A stretch of DNA of 64,000 nt, taken from NCBI GenBank assembly GCA_902595065.1, contig CACJOM010000001.1, forward strand, positions 323,463-387,462. Reading direction: 5' to 3'. The notes beneath the pieces were generated by a model. It was not told the origin of the DNA. It saw only the letters and a list, made by a program, of their open reading frames with translations, and searched no databases. Positions 10,259 through 17,335 of this stretch are shown here, piece by piece. Source of the stretch: an uncultured SAR86 cluster bacterium (GTDB lineage: Bacteria > Pseudomonadota > Gammaproteobacteria > Magnimaribacterales > D2472). Both the position numbers and the translations under genes were made by a program. Position 1 is the stretch's first letter. Each line of letters begins with the position of its first letter.

Positions 10259-11359
10259 TTGAGACGAATCTTATATGTCTATATTGTTCCAGCTGCTGTA
10301 TTTGCTTCTGTTGTCATGGGGGGTGGTTATGGTACCGGGAGAGAAGTGGTTGAGTTCTTTACTCGTTTTGGTCTGCTGGGAGGTCTTTTCGGTGCGGGTA
10401 TAGCTACATTTACATTTGTATTAGTACTAACGTGCACATATGAATTTGCACGTTTTTTTCAATTATATGACTATCGTTCTTTCTTCAAACAACTAATTGG
10501 GCCCTTCTGGATATGCTTTGAGATTCTTTATGTGCTTTTATTTTTCTTGGTTATAGGTGTTGTGAGTTCAGCCGCCGGAAAAATGCTTGAACAAGAATTC
10601 TCGGTATCAAGTTATTTTGGTGAAGTTGGGGTATTGGCTTTAATTATAATCTTAGTTTTTTTTGGTCGTAATACGTTAGAAAAAGTACTGACATTTTGGT
10701 CAATAGGAATGTATGTAATCTTTGGCTACTTTTTTGTAGAAATATTTTTTAGAGCTGAGACTGATATCATGCAGCTAATATCTATTGGTGAAATTGAGTC
10801 TGGTTGGTTTAAGGGTGGTGTCCTTTATGCTATGTACAACTTAGCTATTGCACCAGTTTTGCTATTTTCTATTCGTGCTATCAAGACAAGAAAAGAAGCT
10901 ATTTTATCTGGAGTAATTGCTGGTGTAACTGTGATGATACCAGCGGTACTATTTCATATGAGTTACGCGGCAGGCTATCCCGAGGTTATACAACAATCAG
11001 TACCAAATTATTGGATGATATCAAAATATTCATCTGAACTATTCCTTGTTTTATTCATGGTAGTTTTGCTGGGAACTTTTGTACAAACAGGCGCTGGCTT
11101 GGTCCAAGGCATAGTTGAGCGAATCGAAATAATGTTAAATCCAGACTCCAATGATCATTTAAGCCGGGCAAAAAGAGCTACTATCGGGTTTTTTGCTCTA
11201 ATCATTGGCGGGATCTTGGGATCGCTTGGCATAGTTACAATAATATCAAAAGGGTATTCAGCACTATCAGTAGGTTTTGCTTTAGTGTATATAATTCCAA
11301 TTTGTACATTAGGTTTAGTAAAAATATTTTATTCTTCAGCTTTGAGTAAGCGCAATTGA
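10259..11359 (+). CDS. Polytopic membrane protein, YkvI-like / APC-superfamily-like putative transporter
   Basis: About 10-11 hydrophobic segments. The N-terminal GGGYGTGREVVEFF resembles the YkvI-family motif as I recall it. The TTG start at 10259 lies 7 nt after AGGAG. Confidence 0.45.
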   Translation: MRRILYVYIVPAAVFASVVMGGGYGTGREVVEFFTRFGLLGGLFGAGIATFTFVLVLTCTYEFARFFQLYDYRSFFKQLIGPFWICFEILYVLLFFLVIGVVSSAAGKMLEQEFSVSSYFGEVGVLALIIILVFFGRNTLEKVLTFWSIGMYVIFGYFFVEIFFRAETDIMQLISIGEIESGWFKGGVLYAMYNLAIAPVLLFSIRAIKTRKEAILSGVIAGVTVMIPAVLFHMSYAAGYPEVIQQSVPNYWMISKYSSELFLVLFMVVLLGTFVQTGAGLVQGIVERIEIMLNPDSNDHLSRAKRATIGFFALIIGGILGSLGIVTIISKGYSALSVGFALVYIIPICTLGLVKIFYSSALSKRN

Positions 11360-11389
11360 TGGAAAATATAATTTTTGGAAGGTAACACT

Positions 11390-12247
11390 ATGATCGTATA
11401 TTTAAATGGTGAGTATATGGAGGCTGAGAATGCAAAAATTTCTCCCCTAGACAGAGGATTTATTTTTGGTGACGGTATCTATGATGTCACTCCATCCTAC
11501 AACGGAAAAATGGTTGGTTTTCAATTGCATTTAAATAGAATGAAGAATGGGCTAGATGCCATAGGAATACCAAATCCATTAACTGATGGGGAGTGGGAAG
11601 AGATTGCATCAAATTTAAGTGAAAAAAATGGCGGCCAAAATCTCGGGATATATTTTCAAATAAGTCGTGGCAATGAGGGTCGTCGTTTTCATGGTTTTCC
11701 TCATGATTTAAAGCCCACTATTTTTGGGATGGTTATTAAAATTGACTCTTATCCCAAAATGCCGGACCGAAAAAATCAAATTGGCTTAAAAGTTGTTTCA
11801 AGCGAGGATATGCGTTGGCGACAATGCAATATTAAGTCAACTGCTATCCTTGGTAATGTATTACATTTCCAGGAAAGCTTTGCATTAAATAAAGATGAAA
11901 CCATTATGTTCAATTCTACCAATGAGCTAACAGAGGGCAGCATTTCTAATGTCTTTATTGTAAAAAATGGGATTGTTGCAACTCCAATACTGGATCATCA
12001 ACTGTTACCTGGTATCTCAAGACATATGGCTATTGAATCCTTACGATCTGATGGAAGTATTGAAGTGCAAGAGCGGGTAATTTCTATGGATGAAGTGCGC
12101 GAAGCGGACGAAGTCTGGATAACTAACTCTAGCAAACATATTGCACCAGTGGTGGAGTTAGATGAGCAACCAGTTGGCAATGGCTTGGTGGGTCCAGTAT
12201 GGGAAAAAGCTATGTCTATATATTGCAAAGCAATGTTTGAGTTTTAA
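11390..12247 (+). CDS. dat: D-amino-acid (D-alanine) aminotransferase, fold-type IV PLP enzyme
   Basis: DRGFIFGDGIYDV and CNIKSTAILGNVL (catalytic Lys context) align by eye with Bacillus DAAT (CDIKSLNLLGAVL). ATG at 11390 preceded by GGAAGG is preferred over the TTG at 11375. Confidence 0.75.
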   Translation: MIVYLNGEYMEAENAKISPLDRGFIFGDGIYDVTPSYNGKMVGFQLHLNRMKNGLDAIGIPNPLTDGEWEEIASNLSEKNGGQNLGIYFQISRGNEGRRFHGFPHDLKPTIFGMVIKIDSYPKMPDRKNQIGLKVVSSEDMRWRQCNIKSTAILGNVLHFQESFALNKDETIMFNSTNELTEGSISNVFIVKNGIVATPILDHQLLPGISRHMAIESLRSDGSIEVQERVISMDEVREADEVWITNSSKHIAPVVELDEQPVGNGLVGPVWEKAMSIYCKAMFEF

Positions 12248-12280
12248 CTAAATTATTAAATTCGATTTAAACTTTTTACT

Positions 12281-13378
12281 ATGTTTAAGGATCCTGTAAC
12301 TCTTTATGGTTCAAGTATTTCTTATTTTACTGGCAAGATGGAAAACTACTTTAAAATTAGGGATATTCCATATAAAAGAATAGTTTCACCCTACCCATCT
12401 TTTGAAAAAAAAATGAAAAAAATGGTTGGTATCCATCAAATGCCAGCAGTAGTTTTGCCCGATGGAAGATGGATGACCGATACAACCATGATGATTCAAT
12501 GGTTTGAATCAAAATTTGAAAACTCTGCAATCGTTCCAGCTGACTCAACTCAAGCCTTTATTTGTTACTTACTTGAAGATTGGGCAGATGAATGGTGGTG
12601 GCGTCCAGCAATGCATTATCGATGGCATTATAAAGAAGGTGCTGAATTTGCATCTAATCATTTAGCAAAAGAGCTCTTGGGATCATTTCCAGCGCCTCAT
12701 TTTCTGAAAAAGATTTTTCTTACTCGAAGGCAAAGAAATGGATATACAGTTGGTGATGGTATTTCTCGAAACAACATTGATGCAATTGAAAAGAATGTAA
12801 AAAATTTGTTTGGAAACTTGGAAGAAATCTTTTCAAAACGTACATTTGTTTTTGGAGAAACTCCATCCCTTGCAGATATTGGGCTGTCGGGTCCGTTTTA
12901 TAGACATTTTGCATTGGATCCGGTGCCTTTAAGCATTATTAAAAATGAGGCTCCATCAATATTGAATTGGCTAGATTCCTTACAAAATACAAAACTAAGC
13001 AATTTGGAACATAATTTTATAAAAGGAATTCCTGATGACCTTGATCCTCTTATAGAAGAAATAGGGAAAGTATATCTGCCCTATTTATGCAAAAACGTTA
13101 ATGCCGTTCATAATGGCAAAAAATACTTTGAATTTAAGTCAGGCAAATTACATTTTCATAAAGCAAGATTCTCTCAATACAGAGTATGGTCTCTAAAGGA
13201 ACTGCAGAATAAGTTTCATTCATTCTCCAAGGAAGATCAAAACAACATTGAGCAAATGTTAAGAAAATTTGATTGTTGGAAACCCTTATGGATGCATAAA
13301 GAGTTACCGCTAGACAGCAAACAAGAAGCCAAGCTTCCTTTTTGGGCAGACAGAAAAATGATAGGAGTTAATGAGTAA
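12281..13378 (+). CDS. Glutathione S-transferase-like family protein (long form)
   Basis: The N-terminal thioredoxin-like GST_N pattern (LYGSSISYFTGKME...MPAVVLPDGRWMTDTTMMIQWFE) and a helical C-terminal half support the call. Confidence 0.6.
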   Translation: MFKDPVTLYGSSISYFTGKMENYFKIRDIPYKRIVSPYPSFEKKMKKMVGIHQMPAVVLPDGRWMTDTTMMIQWFESKFENSAIVPADSTQAFICYLLEDWADEWWWRPAMHYRWHYKEGAEFASNHLAKELLGSFPAPHFLKKIFLTRRQRNGYTVGDGISRNNIDAIEKNVKNLFGNLEEIFSKRTFVFGETPSLADIGLSGPFYRHFALDPVPLSIIKNEAPSILNWLDSLQNTKLSNLEHNFIKGIPDDLDPLIEEIGKVYLPYLCKNVNAVHNGKKYFEFKSGKLHFHKARFSQYRVWSLKELQNKFHSFSKEDQNNIEQMLRKFDCWKPLWMHKELPLDSKQEAKLPFWADRKMIGVNE

Positions 13379-13389
13379 CTTTTCCAATA

Positions 13390-13491
13390 GGTGTTCACAG
13401 GTGTTCACACTTTTTAAAAATGAGAAACCTCTGAAACCCTTGTAAATGGTGGGCCCGGGAGGACTCGAACCTCCGACCAATGGATTATGAG
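13390..13491. repeat. 102-bp direct repeat, copy 1 (57 bp tRNA-downstream flank + 3' 45 nt of tRNA(CAU)); att-like
   Basis: Base-for-base identical to 14590..14691. Identity breaks at 13389/14589 and at 13492/14692. Confidence 0.97.
13447..13491 (-). pseudogene. Orphan 3' fragment of tRNA(CAU): anticodon loop through CCA, no 5' half
   Basis: The reverse complement reads CTCATAATCCATTGGTCGGAGGTTCGAGTCCTCCCGGGCCCACCA, identical to nt 33-77 of the intact tRNA at 14647..14723. The upstream sequence cannot pair to form acceptor or anticodon stems. Confidence 0.95.
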
Positions 13492-13540
13492 GGCTCTGAT
13501 CGGTTAGAATTATTTCGAGCAGTGGATTTGCTTAAAAGAA

Positions 13541-14533
13541 TCACTTTAATCTGAAGATCTCAATATACATTCTGGTATCGAAAGGCACTCTTGCGCTTAT
13601 CACATGCAGAGTTATGAAGTGCACAAAAGGATTTCCAGTAACAACAGTGAAAGTTGCTTTGCCCATCCCAACAAGAGTTTGAGTCATAACTATATATGTG
13701 AAAGAGGTTAGAGCATAAGAAACGCTACTATAATCAACTCCTTGATCAAATAGACTAAATAGAGAGTAAAACAAACCTCCAAGTAAAATTACAGTTAGCT
13801 TATTATCAATTAATGCTGCTACACGTGGAATGAAAATCATGTGCATCATCACCACTACAGGCAATCCAGCTCCCAAGGTATTAATTAAAATTCCAAGTGG
13901 AATGCCTTGAGCATATTGACTTGAACTAATGCCACCAATGAAATCTGTAGATCCAGAAAATATTGGACCGAAAAAATCTATTGACCAATAAACAATGATT
14001 ATCCATAAATCTCTGATCCATTTAAATGAACCAAAAAGTTTTTTTAAGGAAAATCCCCTTCTTCTAAGCCAGGTTAAGGGAAGAATGGTATAGATAATTG
14101 TATATGTAATTGCCCAAACCCACACATCTGCTTGAGAGTGACTTCCTGTGGAATAGACATCTGTTCCAGGGAAGTGAAGTCCCATATTAAAGCCTAGACC
14201 CAAAATCAATTGAGTAACTAGCAAGTAAACTACAGTTAACCATGCTTCTCTTTTTGCAGTAGATTTTTTAACTGAATAAAGCTCAATCCAATTAACTGCG
14301 TCTCTCTTTCTTGTTAGATATAACAACAAAAATACTGCAAGAACTAATACAGGTATGTATGCAGTTAATAAACTTGATAAACCGTCCTCTGCTATTGGAG
14401 GTAAATTGAGACCCTGTTGAACAAAGATAAAATAAGAAAAAGTTGCAACTGTCCAAAATAAAAGGCTTGTTAAAAATATTTTATTTTTGAGGGATCTTAA
14501 TAATTGCATCTTCCAATTATATCTTTCATGCAT
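13541..14533 (-). CDS. Hypothetical polytopic inner-membrane protein (about 8-9 TM segments), sole cargo of the tRNA-associated islet
   Basis: A 330-aa ORF fills the space between the two 102-bp repeats. I count 8-9 hydrophobic helices by eye and recognise no family. There is only a weak, unverified resemblance of the C-terminal half to CPBP/Abi-type membrane proteins, without the EExxxR catalytic motif. Confidence 0.6.
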   Translation of the reverse strand: MHERYNWKMQLLRSLKNKIFLTSLLFWTVATFSYFIFVQQGLNLPPIAEDGLSSLLTAYIPVLVLAVFLLLYLTRKRDAVNWIELYSVKKSTAKREAWLTVVYLLVTQLILGLGFNMGLHFPGTDVYSTGSHSQADVWVWAITYTIIYTILPLTWLRRRGFSLKKLFGSFKWIRDLWIIIVYWSIDFFGPIFSGSTDFIGGISSSQYAQGIPLGILINTLGAGLPVVVMMHMIFIPRVAALIDNKLTVILLGGLFYSLFSLFDQGVDYSSVSYALTSFTYIVMTQTLVGMGKATFTVVTGNPFVHFITLHVISARVPFDTRMYIEIFRLK

Positions 14534-14572
14534 CTAATGAATAAACTTTATGACTTTATATTGTGAGTAATT

Positions 14573-14609
14573 CTGTGAACATAGTATTGGGTGTTCACAG
14601 GTGTTCACA
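14573..14609. promoter_or_regulatory. Cluster of three TGTTCACA motifs (one inverted, two tandem) upstream of the islet ORF; putative operator or recombinase/accessory-protein binding sites
   Basis: CTGTGAACA (14573-14581) is the exact reverse complement of TGTTCACAG (14592-14600), with a 10-bp spacer. GTGTTCACA recurs in tandem at 14591-14599 and 14601-14609, and also at 13391-13399 and 13401-13409. The cluster lies 40-76 bp upstream of the ATG at 14533. Confidence 0.4.
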
Positions 14610-14691
14610 CTTTTTAAAAATGAGAAACCTCTGAAACCCTTGTAAATGGTGGGCCCGGGAGGACTCGAACCTCCGACCAATGGATTATGAG
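14590..14691. repeat. 102-bp direct repeat, copy 2 (overlaps the 3' 45 nt of the intact tRNA)
   Basis: Identical to 13390..13491, offset by exactly 1200 bp. Confidence 0.97.
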
Positions 14692-14723
14692 TCCACTGCT
14701 CTAACCAACTGAGCTACAGGCCC
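14647..14723 (-). tRNA. ileX: tRNA with anticodon CAU, most likely tRNA-Ile2 (lysidine-modified) rather than elongator Met; CCA encoded
   Basis: The reverse complement is GGGCCTGTAGCTCAGTTGGTTAGAGCAGTGGACTCATAATCCATTGGTCGGAGGTTCGAGTCCTCCCGGGCCCACCA, which folds as a 7/4/5/5 cloverleaf. It closely resembles E. coli ileX, including the C4-G69 and C5-G68 pairs reported as TilS determinants. It is not initiator-like (no GGG/CCC anticodon stem). Its position downstream of rpoD matches E. coli ileX synteny. Confidence 0.9.
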
Positions 14724-14833
14724 AAAAGAAGTAGCTATAATATCTTAGAAATCAGCGAATCATTATATAAGAATTATTTATTTTAGTAAGTATTGATAAT
14801 GTCGTTATTTTTAACCTAAGGTATTATTTAGGC

Positions 14834-15472
14834 ATGATTATTTTAAATGAGGATGAAGCGTTCGCTAAAGGCGGAAATAGAAATTGCTTTGTAAGTCCCA
14901 TTGATAACAATCGATGTCTAAAAGTTGTTCATAAGAGTCTGCAAGAGGACGCCAAAAAGAATGCTGCCTGGTATAAAAAATTCAAACCTAAAAGTTACTT
15001 TGATGATAATTTAAGAGAAGAACGAGCGTATCAACAAAATGCTTTAAACGTCTCTCATGAATCCTCTGTTTGGAATCACTTGGCTAAGTGGTATGGAATG
15101 ATTGAGACAAATCTAGGCCCAGCATCAGAAACTGAGTTAATTAGAAACAATGATGAAATTGCAGAAACATTAGAAAGCTATCTTTTTAGAGAGGGACTTA
15201 CTGATGAGATCAATGAAGCCATTAAACTATTTGAGGCGTGGCTAAGAAAGCATTTAGTGCTAACAAAAAATCTTATTCCCCATAATATAGTTCTGCAAAA
15301 AAATCATGGAATCATTATTTTAAAAATTATAGATGGGCTTGGATGTAAAGCTTTAGTGCCTTTGCCCAAATACAGTAAATATTTTGCTCGTATTTATGTT
15401 GAGCGACGCATCCAACTCATGTGGAGCAGAATCAACTGGGATCTAAGCGGCAGAAAAGGTAATTGGAAGTAG
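14834..15472 (+). CDS. yrbL: YrbL-like protein (PhoP regulatory network protein YrbL family; atypical kinase-like fold)
   Basis: GGNRNCFVSPIDNNRCLKVVHK aligns with E. coli YrbL GRHRKCYAHPEDAQRCIKIV as I recall it. Length is similar (212 aa), and the later LIPHNIV / IIDGLG match the YrbL pattern. Confidence 0.7.
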   Translation: MIILNEDEAFAKGGNRNCFVSPIDNNRCLKVVHKSLQEDAKKNAAWYKKFKPKSYFDDNLREERAYQQNALNVSHESSVWNHLAKWYGMIETNLGPASETELIRNNDEIAETLESYLFREGLTDEINEAIKLFEAWLRKHLVLTKNLIPHNIVLQKNHGIIILKIIDGLGCKALVPLPKYSKYFARIYVERRIQLMWSRINWDLSGRKGNWK

Positions 15473-15477
15473 TGGTG

Positions 15478-17283
15478 CTACTCATCCAAAAAATTCTTCA
15501 GATGACTTGATCGACTTGGATGTCTGAGTTTTCTTAAAGCCTTAGCTTCTATTTGACGTATTCTTTCTCTTGTAACATCAAATTGTTTGCCTACTTCCTC
15601 AAGTGTATGGTCAGTATTCATTCCGATACCAAAGCGCATTCTTAAAACCTTTGCTTCTCGAGCAGTAAGAGAAGACAGGACATCATCCGTTGCAAAATTT
15701 AAACTTCCTTCGGTAGCATTTTGAAGCGGAGAATGAATTACAGTGTCTTCGATAAAATCACCAAGGTTTGAGTCTTCGTCATCCCCGATAGGTGTTTCCA
15801 TGGAAATAGGCTCTTTCGCAATTTTAAGGACTTTTCTGACTTTATCCTCGGGCATGTCAAGCTCTTTACTTAGCTCTTCAGGCGTTGGCTCTCTGCCCAT
15901 ATCTTGCATCATTTGTCGGGATACACGATTTAATTTATTGATTGTTTCAATCATATGCACTGGGATACGAATGGTTCTTGCTTGGTCAGCAATAGATCTG
16001 GTAATTGCCTGTCGAATCCACCAAGTTGCATAAGTTGAGAATTTATAACCTCTTCTGTACTCAAACTTATCCACTGCTTTCATCAATCCAATGTTTCCTT
16101 CTTGGATTAAATCTAAAAATTGGAGGCCTCTGTTCGTATATTTTTTAGCAATTGAAATTACAAGTCTAAGGTTAGCCTCAACCATATCTTTCTTCGCGCG
16201 TCTCATTTTTGTCTCGCCCATAGACATTGCACGATTGATCTCTTTAATATCCTTGACGCTTAAGCCCACTCTTTCTTCAACAGCTTTGATAGCTTTTTGT
16301 GCTATCACTACGTCAGGTTTAATATGCTCAAGTGATTTTTTAGAGTATTTTTTATTGCTCATCAAAGAATCAACCCATTTCATTTTGGTAATATTATCTT
16401 TGTACATAGCAATAAAATCTTTGCGAGGCACTCTTGCAGATTTAACAAATAAGAACTGAATTCTTTTTTCATGTAAGCGAATTTCAGCTAAGTCACTGCG
16501 AGCAAAGAAAGCTAAATCTTCGAACATTTTTGGTGAAAATTTGAGGAACTGGAATATTAATCCCAGTTTTGTGAACTCTGCTTTTGCTTCTTTAGAATGC
16601 CTACCTTTTGATTCAACTACTTTATTAGTCTTGTTAAATTGACGCTTCAAGTTTGTCATGCGTCTTTGAACCTCTGCTAAGTCGGGCCCATTATCAACCT
16701 CTTCATCGCTCTCTTCTAATTGCTTAGCTTTTTCACTTCCTGGGCCAGCTGAAGGCACCTCTTCCATTTCTTCTAAAAATCCAGTCAATAACTCGCTCAG
16801 CTTTTTATCTTCACTTTTAACTTGTTCATAAAAATCAATAATATGCTCGACGATCCCTGGGTAATGAACGCTTGCATCAAGCAGATCACGCATTCCTTCC
16901 TCAATGCGTTTAGCAATTTCAATCTCACCTTCACGAGTGAGTAGATCAACGGTGCCCATTTCACGCATATACATTCTAACCGGATCAGTTGTGCGACCGG
17001 TTTCATTCTCCACAGCAGCCAAGGCTTCAGCTGCTTGTTCAAGAGCTATGTCATCTTGATCATCAGATGATTCAGACAGCATAAGAGTATCTGCATCAGG
17101 TGCAGTCTCATGAACTTGAAGACCTAAATCATTGATCATGCCAATGATTTCATCAACCTGATCTGGATCAGAAATATCTTCTGGGAGATGATCGTTTACG
17201 TCTGCATATGTTAAATAGCCCTGCTCACGGCCCTTTTCAATTAACTCTGCAATCCTTGAACCTTGTTTTTTTAATTTATCCAC
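15478..17283 (-). CDS. rpoD: RNA polymerase sigma-70 factor RpoD
   Basis: Acidic region 1, then region 2 ([27 protein letters not shown]) and region 4.2 ([30 protein letters not shown]). Confidence 0.98.
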   Translation of the reverse strand: MDKLKKQGSRIAELIEKGREQGYLTYADVNDHLPEDISDPDQVDEIIGMINDLGLQVHETAPDADTLMLSESSDDQDDIALEQAAEALAAVENETGRTTDPVRMYMREMGTVDLLTREGEIEIAKRIEEGMRDLLDASVHYPGIVEHIIDFYEQVKSEDKKLSELLTGFLEEMEEVPSAGPGSEKAKQLEESDEEVDNGPDLAEVQRRMTNLKRQFNKTNKVVESKGRHSKEAKAEFTKLGLIFQFLKFSPKMFEDLAFFARSDLAEIRLHEKRIQFLFVKSARVPRKDFIAMYKDNITKMKWVDSLMSNKKYSKKSLEHIKPDVVIAQKAIKAVEERVGLSVKDIKEINRAMSMGETKMRRAKKDMVEANLRLVISIAKKYTNRGLQFLDLIQEGNIGLMKAVDKFEYRRGYKFSTYATWWIRQAITRSIADQARTIRIPVHMIETINKLNRVSRQMMQDMGREPTPEELSKELDMPEDKVRKVLKIAKEPISMETPIGDDEDSNLGDFIEDTVIHSPLQNATEGSLNFATDDVLSSLTAREAKVLRMRFGIGMNTDHTLEEVGKQFDVTRERIRQIEAKALRKLRHPSRSSHLKNFLDE

Positions 17284-17335
17284 TCAATGCCTCATTCTAA
17301 ATCGTTCACTATATGTGATGTCAAACTTGATTTTT

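Larger units (their letters stand above)
13390..14691 (-). mobile_element. Putative integrase-less tRNA-targeted islet / cassette (1098 bp unique DNA bounded by 102-bp direct repeats)
   Basis: Architecture: intact tRNA, repeat, one ORF, truncated tRNA 3' end within the second repeat. The repeat boundary falls exactly at the first anticodon-loop nucleotide. No recombinase gene is present in the window. Confidence 0.6.

Noticed and set aside
13391-13409. GTGTTCACA tandem motif considered as DnaA boxes or a replication origin element.
   Set aside because: Each copy has two mismatches to the TTATNCACA consensus. There is no dnaA/dnaN/gidA context and no cluster of more than three sites, and the location is a tRNA att-like repeat. 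An integrase or regulator site is the more economical reading.
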